Origin: Camelus dromedarius
Taxonomy: Eukaryota
Assembly (NCBI RefSeq): GCF_036321535.1
Contig: NC_087437.1
Coordinates: 8,122,001-8,186,000, forward strand
Length of the DNA stretch: 64,000 nucleotides
Direction of reading: 5' to 3'
Positions within the stretch are counted from its first letter, which is position 1. Each line of letters starts with the position of its first letter. Made by a program: the position numbers and the translations under genes. Shown here one piece after another: positions 52,140 through 64,000 of the stretch. Under the pieces are notes generated by a model. The model searched no databases. It saw only the letters and a program-made list of their open reading frames with translations, and was not told the DNA's origin.

Positions 52140-52291
52140 CTGCTTTTCTAACCCAAACCGTGTGTCTTGATGACACAACGGTAAAGTTTGAGATATGGGA
52201 TACAGCTGGTCAAGAACGGTACCATAGCCTAGCACCGATGTACTACAGAGGAGCACAAGCAGCCATAGTTGTGTACGATATCACAAATGAG
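52140..52291 (+). CDS. RAB5A: RAB5A exon 3 (AAFLTQTV...WDTAGQERY...DITNE)
   Basis: ttctttcag| acceptor, |GTACGT donor, 152 nt, G3 motif DTAGQ. Confidence 0.98.
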
Positions 52292-52596
52292 GTACGTGGA
52301 AACACATTCTCCAGTGGAACTTGTCTGAGTATTCATTTTTGGTATGCAGAATTTCAATTACAGGAAAGATTTTTTAAAATCTTTTTTTGTTAGCTAAGCA
52401 TGACATTTCTGCCAAAGCTTTTATGAGATAGAAAAGCTGATTTTAAAAAATAAGATGAAAGTGTCTCAAATAATAAAATAGTCCTAATAATTTCCTTCCA
52501 AGTGTCACACTGACAGTCTTTAAAGTCTCTTCTCACAAAGACGCTCCCTAACCATTTTTTGAGCCTGTGCCGAATAGCTGTTTCTTTGTTTCTCAG

Positions 52597-52719
52597 GAGT
52601 CTTTTGCCAGAGCCAAAAACTGGGTTAAAGAACTTCAGAGGCAAGCCAGTCCTAACATTGTAATAGCTTTATCAGGAAATAAGGCTGACCTCGCAAATAA
52701 AAGAGCTGTGGACTTCCAG
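52597..52719 (+). CDS. RAB5A: RAB5A exon 4 ([41 protein letters not shown])
   Basis: ttctcag| acceptor, |GTACGT donor, 123 nt, G4 motif NKAD. Confidence 0.98.
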
Positions 52720-54204
52720 GTACGTTGAATTAACTTTCACTTGTAAGCACATATTTTTCTTCCATATCCACACTTAAATTATAGTTACAACTTTAAAACC
52801 ATGCACAATAGAACACTTTTAAAGAAATGTGATGTACTGTATGTAATAAAATCTCATGATAAACCTGCATTTTTTAAATATCATTATGTAATTATAATAT
52901 ATGTTGATTCAAAGATCTTGTTGACCTAAACAATTACAGAAGAAATAATTGTTCACAAACAGTGCAGAAACATACAAAGCAAAAGATGATTGCCTCTTGA
53001 CCTAATCCCTCCACTCCTGCATAGAAGTCAGTATTCCTAACATTTTTTTAAATTTATGTATCTGTATATCAACACATATGTGCATACTCACTTTTACACG
53101 TACAACCTATGTGTTTGTTTTTAAAGGGGTCTTCAAAAATAAAGGCTTTTAAGAGATCCAATTTGTATGTTATCTAATGTAGCTAATTAGGCGTGTTCGC
53201 TGCTGCAAAGTAGAGAAAATACAATCATTCAAAACAAAACAAATGTCTCTAGTTTGACACTTTTAAACTTCCTGTTCTCTGGCTCTTCACTTTCTCTACC
53301 AGAGAGGTTTGGTTGTGGCCAGTATACAGATAATATCAGTGATAAGAGAATTGTCTTTTTTGACGATGGAGCACCTGCACCGGGAGAGAGGCAGTGATAT
53401 TTCTTGCACCATTAGGTATTAAACTGAGCGTGCTGCACGTGTGGCTTCCTTTAATTCTGGTGAGAGCCGTGTGAGGTATAGTATCTGCTACTGTTTCTAA
53501 GGTAGCTCCCTCCCCAGCACAGAGTGGTAGGTGGAGCACTTAAATCTTAGTCAGAAGTGGCCCTGTCACACCACATTGCAGAGGAACCTCTTTTTTTTTT
53601 TTTTTAAATCAAATTAGGAAGATAATTGGTTGTTCTTCTCAACAGCTGTGAGGATCAGCGGTAATAATACATGTAAACTGTGAAGCACGATAGAAATGTA
53701 GAGTAGTGACAGAATTTTCAAAGGAATGAGTCATGACATATTCAAAATTAAAATGTTGCTTGTGGAAGTCATTCAGAATTAAATATAAGGGTGCCATTTA
53801 GTGGTTGAAGCCAGTGTTAAAGATTTGGTTTCCCCTTTGTCTTCATTGCAAATAATGAGCGTAGGTAAAATTGCTGCAGAGATCAGAGAGTTTTATTTAG
53901 AATAGGATCATCGCCCCTGCCTCAAACTTGCCATTTGAAGGCAGATTTAATGTGCGACCAGAAGGTGCAGGATGGGATAGTGCAGGAACTTACGGCAAAA
54001 AGGAATGATAGACTTCACAGTACTCTTAGCTTTGCTTTACTTTTAACTAGAAATAATTGCTTATTACACAGTTGCCACTTTTAGGTGATCAAGTTGGAGC
54101 AGTAATAAGGAAGCCTCTTTTTTTCTGTAACAAGATTGTATGCAATACTATGTGTGGTAATAGTATGTGCAAAAGATGTGTCTCATTTTTTATCCTCTAA
54201 ACAG

Positions 54205-54298
54205 GAAGCACAGGCCTATGCAGATGACAACAGTTTATTATTTATGGAGACATCGGCTAAAACATCAATGAATGTAAATGAAATATTCATGGCAATAG
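54205..54298 (+). CDS. RAB5A: RAB5A exon 5 ([31 protein letters not shown])
   Basis: acag| acceptor, |GTAAGA donor, 94 nt, G5 motif ETSAK. Confidence 0.98.
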
Positions 54299-55811
54299 GT
54301 AAGATTAACTTTTTTGCAGACAATAAATACAGGTAAAACAGATTAACCTGGGAGTACATTTGGTTTGACTGTCTTCTTTTTTTCAATTCTTGGATTTTTT
54401 TTAATGGTTATACTACTTACTATTCTAGATTTTCTCCACAAAGCATTACTTTGTTAGGTATATTGTTAAATTTGAAAAATTACTACCCATTAGGTTGTAA
54501 CACTTTGTTAAAATTTTTCTGGTGAGTTGAGAGCCTGAACTTTGAGCTGATGGCTCAAGCAGATAGATTTTTCTTAAGATACCACTGAAAATTTTGGATA
54601 AATATGTTTTTCTATTACAGTTTTTATATAAAAGGAAGATAAACTCAGTAATTTTTTCAGTGCAACATGTAGGCATAATGAGATTTCTTTCCCACTGATC
54701 AGTAACTATTTTCACCTTGCCTTTGCCCCGAACAGAACCTTATTTTTGTTTATTTTTCAAGTTCTTTTTAAATCATTGATTATTGACAAACATAAGACAG
54801 GCAAGTACAATGCACGTAAGTGTACAGGTTGACAGAGTGTTTTAGTGCAAATATTGCGATGGAGAAAGTCTCAGAGCACTGAGGCTCAGAGAGGAGGAGG
54901 GAAGGCAGAGCGGCACCCACACTTTTCTTTTCGTTGCCGCCAAGGGTGTTTGGTTCTTCACTGTGCTCTCCCCTTTCCTCTGTGTGCCCTCAGCTGATGA
55001 TTACTGCTACACAGTGGTTGATGATAGGTCGTGACTTTGAGGACTTACAAGGAAGCTTCCTTTTTTCTATAACAAATGCATTTTTATTGACCCTAGTCTT
55101 CTCCTAATTGTAAGGTGCAGGTTCTAAGGGAGAGGTCTGTTCTGGTGGCTCTCCCTGTCTCCTGCCTTCACACTGTTCGTGTGCCATGCACTCATCTCAT
55201 CCCATAGCATCTTTTATTGTACAGCGGTGATCACATCCTTGTCCCCAAATAAAAAGTATTCTTTTATATTGGAGTCCTACAAATTAACCAGTATAAAGGC
55301 TGATTCAGAGGCTAGAGAAAACCGAGTAAGAGCTGCCGGTAGATGAGCGAGATGGTGGCTTCATTTAGGGAAAAACTTGCCTGTTTATTGGGTAAAATAT
55401 TTTCCTGAGAAACTCAGACTTGCAGTTTATTAGGGAAATACTAGCACAGTTGTGAAGGATTATGTGACAGTGTATACTTTAATAAATAAGACAGACTATA
55501 CACCCAGAACCACATCTGAAAAGTAACAGGAAACGAGGAGATAATAGGTCCCTCAAATCAGGCTGAACTTTAAATCTTTCTGATGATATTAAGGCTCCAC
55601 CAGATGGGCTTTATTTGATTTGTACCTTTTATTCAGACTTGCTAATAAGGTTATATTTTCAGTCAGAAAGTAGCTTACATATTAGGGCTTTCGGTTATGT
55701 TTCTGAAATTAGAATGTTTCTTTCCGTGAAGGAAACTTCAAGTATAAATTGAATTCTGGCTTCTCTATTAGTAAGTTAAGTAAATCACATAGTAAACTCA
55801 TGTTTCACTTT

Positions 55812-56035
55812 TTTTTTAAATTGAAGTATAGTCAGTTTACAATATTGTGTCAGTTTCTGGTGTACAGCATAATGTTTCAGTCATAAATATACATACATAT
55901 ATTTGTTTTCATATTCTTTTTCATTATAAGTTACCACAAGATGTTGAGTATAGGTCCCTGTGCTTTACAGTATAAACTTACTGTTTATCTATTTTATATA
56001 TAGTGTATATCTGCAAATCTTGAACTCCCTGTTTA
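55812..56035 (-). mobile_element. L1 3' UTR fragment in RAB5A intron 5
   Basis: Homologous to 11690-11900; TSD TCATGTTT(T)CACTTTT at ~55798 and ~56036. Confidence 0.88.
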
Positions 56036-57803
56036 TCATGTTTTCACTTTTGATGACTTCCCACTTGTTTAGTAGGAGAGAGTCTACAATAAATTTATCA
56101 TCTGCTTTTAATCTGATAAGGTCTTGAGTGGCTTCTTTCATTGCATATCTTCATTAACTTGGTTCAGGATACTTAGCTTCTCACAGTGCTCATCAATTTA
56201 GAGTCAGATTGATCAGCTGCAATTATTTATGTACAAAACAGATAGTGCCAGCTTCACTTTGGTAACACTCTTTAAGATAGGAGACAGGAGACTACTTCTT
56301 TTGAGACTCCAAAGGCGTGTTTTACTTTATCTTCACACAATAAAAATTAACCAATAGAAGTTAAAGGCTCCTCATTCCAGTTTATTTCTTTCAGCCTCCT
56401 AATTTCACTCATCTAATTACAGAAAGCCCTTGGAGAAGTATGCTAAAGGGAGAAATGGTCACTCAGTCCAAAACCTATCTTGGTATTAATTATAGTAAAG
56501 TTATAATGCTAGCTACTCTTTGTCCCTCCAGACTTTGTAAATACATTTGACTAGAAATTTACCATTTTGTTACCATTTACACTGTCATTGCCACAGCCAT
56601 TCCTAGAGAAGTAGACCAAGGGTGAAGGCGCTTCTTCCCAAACCTCAGCGCTCCTGGCTCCCAGATCCAGCGCCCAGCCAGCATCTAGGATTCTAAAGAG
56701 GATTAGTGCTCTTGTGGAATATTACAACAAATAAAGGGTAAAAGATCCAGAACACAACGAGGCATTTAGATTTTGAAGTAGAGCATGTTTGGCTTTTGTG
56801 GAGCCTGAGCCAAGGATAAGGTAAAGCTGGAGTCTTACTGTAGTGGTCTGTCCCCATGGTTGATAGACCAGCATGTCTAGCCACCCTTACAGTATGTGCT
56901 CTTAAAGGTATTTAATGTTTAATAAATCCCAACACATCCAGGATCTTGGGGTCCAGGCAGACTACATCTAGCATGTAAATTTTCTAATTAGTGGGAGCCA
57001 CAGTCTAGAGAACAGCCATTAGCACTACAGGGCTTAGCAAAGCGAAAGCCATAACCGCCAGTTGTGGGGCTTTTTCCAAATGTGTCAGGCCATGGTTATC
57101 TGACTCAGAATTGGATTTTTTTTTTTTTTTTAAATAGAGCCGTCAGGATCAAGTCCATTTTTATCAGGCAGAGCTACTGACGAATCAGATTAGCTAATTC
57201 TTAATTAGCCACAAGAAAGGAAAATGATAGACGTTTGAAGTGAAGTCTGTAAGCCAGGAAGAAAACAGGAGCTGTGATCTGTCATGAGTTGGGGTAATAA
57301 TTTGCATAGTAGAGGACAAGTTCCACTGGAGATGGTATTTGTTTATATCCTGACTTGTTCCAAAAAGTTTGTGGCAGTCCAGACATCTCTGATGGGTAGG
57401 GGCTGAGCTTCTTGATTATAAACACATTGGCTGGTCATTATCTTTAGTAACTTAGGTATTCTTTAAATAACAGTAGTAATAATGATGATGAAATAAAGTA
57501 CAACTTTTTCTGGTATTGTTAAATGACTCTATACAAAAAATTAAATATATCTCTAGTCAAGTTTTAATTATGTGTCTTCAACTGGCTCAGTTTTACCCTT
57601 CCCTCAACCTACTAAACTCCCTAAGGACAGTGATCAGTGTTTTGGTATTTCAGAGATACTTAGTAAACATTTGAAAACAGTGAACACATGGTTATATGAC
57701 ACTTAGGGGTAACCTAACTGGAAAGAAAGATTACAAGTAAGCAAATAAAGTAATTCTCTTGTGAATATTCTAATGGCGTTTGTTTTGATAATTTATCTTA
57801 CAG

Positions 57804-57919
57804 CTAAAAAGTTGCCAAAGAATGAACCACAGAATCCAGGAGCAAATTCTGCCAGAGGAAGAGGAGTAGACCTTACTGAACCCACACAGCCAACCAGGAG
57901 TCAGTGTTGTAGTAACTAA
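57804..57919 (+). CDS. RAB5A: RAB5A exon 6 coding part ([13 protein letters not shown]...TRSQCCSN*)
   Basis: cttacag| acceptor, CCSN prenylation motif, TAA 57917-57919; spliced CDS 648 nt = 215 aa. Confidence 0.98.
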
Positions 57920-58940
57920 ACCTCCAGTTTAAACTAGCTGGAATATTCTTCTGCTTCCTAAATGTTAATAACAGTGGAATTGGAGCATTTAACCAGCCCA
58001 GTATGACTTCCAAAAAGAAGAGACTTACGATAGAGTCAAGTTTCTAATACAGAATTATTTTAAGTGTTTTGAACTTAATTTTTAATAACATGCATGTGGC
58101 CCTCTGACTAATGTTTCAGCAGTGGAAGGGGGAAATGAGAGCTTTGTGTAAACTTGTTTCCTTGGAAGGTTAGGGGGACTCATTTCTCTTCACCAGGGAT
58201 ATTGACAGATGACTCTGAACCCACAGGTAACCAGCCAGTTCTGTGAAAAAGATTTGGAACTTACTCATTTGGGCTTTTCAAGAAAACATTGTTTAGAAGG
58301 AGGTTCTAAAGAGATTTATGCTTAACTACCATATTCAGGCAACCTATAATTTCTCTTAGGATCCATATTAAAAGTATACATTCCACATTTTAACAAATTA
58401 GCCACAAGAAGACAGTCCCACTTTTCTGGGGGGAGAAATGAATATTAGTGGCACCTAAATTATAGCCAATCCTGTTATTTTTTCAAATGGGGTTTAAAAA
58501 AATCAAATGTAATCCCATCTTGTTTTAGGAATATGAAAACTGATAAAAATGCATCTTAAAGGATGGTGTTCCCTTCAAACATGTGAGCTCTTCAACAAAA
58601 ATGAAACCAGGTGTCTGATTTCTGTTTAATCACTGCTGGCCATTACATAGGTTTTGTTGTTTGGGGGTAGGGAGGGGGCTTTTGTGCCCTTTGGACATAA
58701 ATATAGTCAATGCACTAACAATTATGTACATTCAAACTTGATTATTTTAAATTTGATCTTCAGCTGTACTGTAAATAGGGTACTGCATTGTAGTCTCCAT
58801 GTATGTTTATTACTTTTCTGTAATATTTAAGAGTTGCTTAAAAGTATACAAAATGTACAGTTACTAAAACAGCTAATTTTTTCCTTCTCTGCCTCTTTGA
58901 AAGGAAGGGGCTTCAGTTGTTCCTACCTGGTTAGAACCAT

Positions 58941-58946
58941 AATAAA
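58941..58946 (+). terminator. RAB5A: RAB5A proximal polyadenylation signal candidate
   Basis: AATAAA. Confidence 0.55.
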
Positions 58947-59218
58947 CAATGTACCGGTAATTTGTAACATAAGTATTGGATATGTTAGTAACAATCTTGC
59001 AGCCTTGTTTTCCAAAGTTCATTTTATTTTGATCAGTTCAGTATATTGCACTAATTGTTTTAGGTATTTTCGTTACATGAAATCTACCATGTGTTGGAGA
59101 TGATTTAATCTATTTAAGTGTTGAACTGCTAGCCGAACTTGTCCATTTACAGTCATTCAGAGTTAGCAAGGACAACAGTTCACCAGTGTTTAGTTTTATA
59201 TTGAGGTGCTCAGGTTGG

Positions 59219-59224
59219 AATAAA
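59219..59224 (+). terminator. RAB5A: RAB5A distal polyadenylation signal candidate
   Basis: AATAAA followed ~20 nt later by a T-rich downstream tract (ggttttttctctctttttt). Confidence 0.7.
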
Positions 59225-59439
59225 GTGGTATGAAAAGCAAGTGCTGGTTTTTCTCTCTTTTTTGGCATGAAACAATGCACATACATAAATGGTATCGCAT
59301 CACCTAGAATATGCTTTTGTATTTTCTTCACTACATTCTTTAAAACGATTTGCGTGATATTGATGTATTGTCTTAGTATCTGGTTCATTGAAGAACTGTC
59401 TTCATGTTTCTGTTCTCTGGATAATCTAAACTTTAACTT

Positions 59440-60212
59440 TTACATTTGAAACTGATACTCACTTCCGCTGAGCAGTATTACCATAACTGTAATGTTGTCT
59501 CTGGAGCCAGCCGCTAAAGCAGCGTTCACAAGTTCACGGCTAATGTACTCAGCAGCTCCTTCGTAGAAACTCTTACGGTAAGATTTTTTTTCTTTGTCAC
59601 TTGCATCTTTTGGCACACTGTCCATGCTGGTTGGTTCATCAGTTTCTTTCTCACTGCAGGGACCAGGGTTACAAGTGAAATGTTCAGAATCTTTTGAGTC
59701 CGACCTTTCTTTTGAATTTGTAGTTGACACACATTCTTCAAATTCAGATTTGCTCTGAAATACTATGTGGATATTGGTTTCTGATTTAGATGCGTTTTGT
59801 TCGTTGATTGGGGAAAGCAGGGGCCCCGTGGATGTTGACAGTTTGTTTCCTGTGGTAGAACGTGTTTCTGTATACACGTGAAATGCTGTCACTGTCAGTG
59901 CAGTGGCTTCCTTTATATCCAGAACTTCCCAGAGCCCATTGGTAGCTAAGATAAGGAATTGACATAAGTCATCGATAGGGACAGAAATAGTTTGAGGTGC
60001 TGGGATAATGAATTTTTTCAGTTTGGGATTTCCATGAAACCCAAGTCCTCGTGTGGTTTTTATTTGCTCTTCTACAAGCCCATACGGTTCATTTGAGCTA
60101 CTTACTGCTCCGTTCTGAAGTACTCTTCTTCTTTCATTTATGTTTTGCATGGTGTGTTCTTTGGTTAGGCAAAAGCCTTTTCCATTTCTGCATAAGACTG
60201 CTTGCACGTTAC
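59440..60212 (-). CDS. PP2D1: PP2D1 (PP2C-like domain-containing 1) last coding exon; upstream exons not found in window
   Basis: ORF 59440..60207 with PP2C-like motifs (AVLCRNG, LTKEH, TTRGLG, FLILATNGLWEVL, GSRDNITV); tcttttag| acceptor, phase 1; position next to RAB5A fits known synteny. Confidence 0.93.
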
Positions 60213-63159
60213 CTAAAAGATTATTTTAAAAAATTGATCCTAGAGATTTATAATCAATCGTGTCAAAGCATGCTGTCAACTTCATAGATTTGTTTCAGTA
60301 CATAAACAGAAAGCAGGTCATTTAAAAATATTTTTTTAAATATGTGTAATATTGATACCATTATTAGAAGATACACAGTAATTCAGATATCAAACGAGGA
60401 GGCCAGTTTATTCCTCCTTTTTAAGCAACTTAGTGTTAAAAATACTGCATTTAGTATTAAAATAACTAAAACTACAGGTAATGAAAAAGAAGTAATTTTT
60501 TTTTTATGAAACAGCTTCTGAGTGTTACATATATTGGTAGTGTCAAGAATTGAACGTTTTTATAACCAACATATCTTCCATAGAGCAGACATTTTTAAAT
60601 GTTTTAATAAATGCCTTTTCAATTAAAAACACAAACTGACTTAAATTTAAGAGTGGAGTTTGATAATTTTTTAACTGGTCAGAGTTAAAACCTGAATGGA
60701 TTGTAGGTGTGTGTGAGAATGCCACTGTTAGTCCGTCTTACTAGGCTTGCTATTTGTGTTAAAAAGAAGGAAAGTCAGCTCTGTGAAGAAAACATATCAT
60801 TGTTTTAAATGGATAATAGCTAGCCAACATTAAAACCTCTTGATTGAAAACTGAAATCTTAAAAAGCTGACTAGTTTGTTCATGGTTCAGGCGAACCCGT
60901 GATGTGTGCTTTATTGAAATCTTAAGCAAATCTGAGCACAATGCTCTGAACAGACTGAAGGGTGGTTGTATTACCAGTTTCCTTTGGCATACAAAAAAAA
61001 AAAAGACTCAGAATTTTTTTAGCTTGTTAGGGAAAATTGATTTTCCCCAAGTCTTCAGGAACATAATTGTATATAATACCTTTGAGAATTAAAATTTCTG
61101 GAATCATAGGAAAATTTACATTAGAATATTCTGATTTGAAACTCTACCTGGAATCAGAATTTTGTGCTGCAGGCCTTCATTTCTAATCCCCTGATGTTTT
61201 AGGTAAAGGATATAGATTGCAGAAGGCTAAGGTTCACCCCACTAATATGGTCGATCAGAGCCTAAGTTGGTGAAGCGTTCGTGGCAGGCATAGGGGTGAG
61301 CCTATTGGCTTATTTACATAATGGGAATTGTTAATATCTGAGCAATTGGACGGGACCAAAGAGGGTACGATGTAATGGAAAGTGTTTTGGAACCCTAATA
61401 ACTATGAATGATGTAGTCCTCAAAACTGTGTGACCTCTTTTATTTCTTTGTGGTTTGGTTATTAATATTTTCTATTAACTTCTCTGCCAGTCATGCTAAG
61501 TTTACACTCTGTAGAAGGTGAATCAGTAAGATAATTGTTGACTTTTGCTGAGCTGTAAATTGTTACTGTAGCAGCAAAGCAGCATGGATTTGGTGTTGAA
61601 CATGCCAACTGGGTAAAGTGAATTGTTTTATTAGGAGAACATTTGGTTCCGTTCCCCTTTTAAATTAGAAAATTTCTTTGTGTGTGTACCTACACGTATA
61701 AATAGTACACCCATAGCTCTGAAAACACAGGGGACATAATTTGGCTCAAAATAGTCAAGTCCACTGACTGCCTACATGTTTTATTTGCATGTGGCAAGCC
61801 AAAGCTCACTCAGCAAGAAGAAAAGGCATTGTTTCTCCTCCGTGTGATTTGGAAAGAACTTAATACGATTATGCAGTTACAGTGAAAGGGTAGTAAATTG
61901 GTATTTTGATTTTAGTTGCCTCTGCAGAGAGCTTATGTACTTACTATTTGTCTTTTTTTTTTTTTTTAATTGCTGTGCTATAGAGTAGGAAATGCCATTT
62001 TGGTTGATTTTATTATTGTGGACATCCCTTGTGATCAGCACAATAAAATTTTCTAGAAAATGGGGACCTTAAGTAATGGCTGCAGTTTTTGCTCTACCAT
62101 TGACTTGCTGTGCCTGACTTACTAAGTGAGTTATTTAATTTCTTTGACAGTTTATTCATCCTGATAAATTGTGCCTTCCAGATAGCTCACATCTTTACCT
62201 GTGTGAATTTGCATGAAGGAAAGAGGAAATGACAGAGAGGTGCCCGGTGTTTCTCAGCTCTTCATGCATAGCCCAGGACATAAGAGGATAAGTAAGATTA
62301 TTTTGGAAGAGTATTCATGGAATAGACTTGAGGAAACAGTGAATGTGCAGTTAATAGTTTTATTTCCTGACCCTCAGGTTGCATATGCTGTCAGCTGCAA
62401 ATGGGGCTGTTGAAAGCAGGTGAAAGCTGAAAGCGAGAATAGATGAAGATTTAAAAATAACACTATATGTCCATGTGTCACTGAAGGAAGAGAGAGGCTA
62501 GATTTGCTCTAAAGAAGGGTTCGTGTAACATCTGTTTGAAGGAAATGAGACTAAGCAGTGAACCGTGATGAAGACCCTTAGGCAAAAATTTTAATAAATC
62601 TGAGCATAAATGAGAATTCAAATTCCTGACATAAAGTTACCATCTTTTAATAGTTGGAGAGATCGTGCCCTTCAGAAACTTATCAGAACCAAGGTGGAAC
62701 AGGGTTACTAGAGAGACAGCATGTTTGGGGACATTAATCAAATGGGAATTTAAAAAGAGCTGCTGTGAGGTGATATTTAGGCCTTTCTTAAGAGGGCATA
62801 TCCGTATAGTCAGGCGAAGTGTTCCTTACGCAGGAGGCAATGGTGTAACTGCCTCCTGCGGTTACTGGGTTGTCCCTAGTTTTATGAAAAGGAAGGGTGT
62901 TCCTCTGCACCTCAGAGGGACCTCTAGATCTGAGTGGGCAAGATCAATACTTTTTTCCAGATAAGGCCATCAAGGTCCTTTACTGTTGAAAATAACAGGA
63001 AAGCTTTAAGAAAGTACTGGAGGAAAAGAGGACGAAAAATTTTATGCGGTGGTAAAAAAAAGGAAGCATCACTTGGATACATGAGTGTCCAGGGGTGAAA
63101 AAAAGGTGGCTTGGTGTGGATGCAGCAGCCTGGGGAAGAGGAAAACCTGGGGGCCTGAT

Positions 63160-63290
63160 ACAGTTGGCCTCTAAACCCCAATTTTGTCTGTGTGACCTTC
63201 ATTAAGTCACTCTATTTCCCTGAGTAGCAGTTTCCCGCCTGCAATGTTATTTTTTGTCAAGGTTATTGTGAGGATTTAAGAAGAATTTAG
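63160..63290 (+). mobile_element. MIR fragment
   Basis: ctgtgtgaccttcattaagtcactc..cagtttcc..ggttattgtgaggattt. Confidence 0.65.
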
Positions 63291-64000
63291 TAAGTAGGTA
63301 GCTGGTAAAGTTTCTTTTGCTTTGTGTTCCAGTGAAGGGGGAAAGCAGCGGAAGAGGGGCTGTCCGAAAGAGATGGAGGGGAAGCTTGAAGTGTTTCATT
63401 TCAGACCCATTTAAAAAACTTGTAAGGAAAGCCTTACTAAGAATTACAGGCTTAAGGGAGTAGGGAGCAGGAACTTAGGAAATGAGGAGATAGTTACTGG
63501 AGGAAGAAAAAGGAGCATAAACTAAGGAAACGTAAACCCTAGTGAGGTGTACCTAAGAGGGAGGCATGGTTGGAGTGCATGTAAATGAGATCAGGAAAAC
63601 AGCCTACATCCAGTTTTTCTTCAGGACTCTAATTTTGGCAGAAGAAGCTGAAATTGTGTGCATAGGCATCAGGTTTATGACTCTTCCTACTGCTGATTAG
63701 CATGAGCGCCTTTTTGATATGGAGCTGGTTTTCACTGTATGTTCAAAAGATCCCTTTGTTTTGTAAGATGGGTGAGCATGGAACTCATATTCACTGTTTT
63801 CCATCTGGAGCCTAACAGTCCTGTCTATCAAATATGTGTTGATTGTGTTCTCAGAATCAGATTTGTATATATGTGAATCCACCATCAGTATATCGCAAAA
63901 AAAAGGAAGATGGGGAAGGTTAAGTCTATAAAAGGTAAGTGTGTGTATATATATATTTTTTTTTTTTTCCCTACGTAAGATAAGGTGATTCTAGAGCTGA

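Larger units (their letters stand above)
57920..59245 (+). other. RAB5A: RAB5A 3' UTR (end approximate)
   Basis: Repeat-free AT-rich sequence after the stop with AATAAA at 58941 and 59219. Confidence 0.75.

Noticed and set aside
53520..53540. CTCF-like motif gtggtaggtggagcact
   Set aside because: Mismatches at key core positions; not supportable without data
63697..63885. Minus-strand ORF as an upstream PP2D1 exon
   Set aside because: No PP2C motif and no suitable donor found; upstream exons likely lie beyond the window

Overview
Mammalian genomic DNA containing the EFHB(-) / RAB5A(+) / PP2D1(-) locus. The tRNA-derived SINEs and young L1 3' ends suggest a camelid (inference). EFHB coding exons 1-7 lie on the minus strand (26984 down to 525) and the gene runs off the left edge. 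RAB5A is complete: CpG-island promoter, non-coding exon 1 (~31260-31686), five coding exons (648 nt, 215 aa) and a 3' UTR to ~59245. Only the last coding exon of PP2D1 is present (60212-59440), tail-to-tail with RAB5A. All internal exon junctions are GT-AG and phase-consistent. The rest is intronic and TE-rich (L1, L2, MIR, LTRs, SINEs, a Tigger-like element). I see no evidence of a wholly new biological system. The best leads are a Tigger-derived candidate cassette exon with a micro-ORF in RAB5A intron 2, a chimeric L1 insertion inside one TSD pair, a probable RAB5A/PP2D1 3' overlap, candidate antisense exons linking the RAB5A promoter to EFHB, and degenerate PP2C motifs in PP2D1. Gene and repeat-family names come from recognition, not database searches, and repeat boundaries are approximate.
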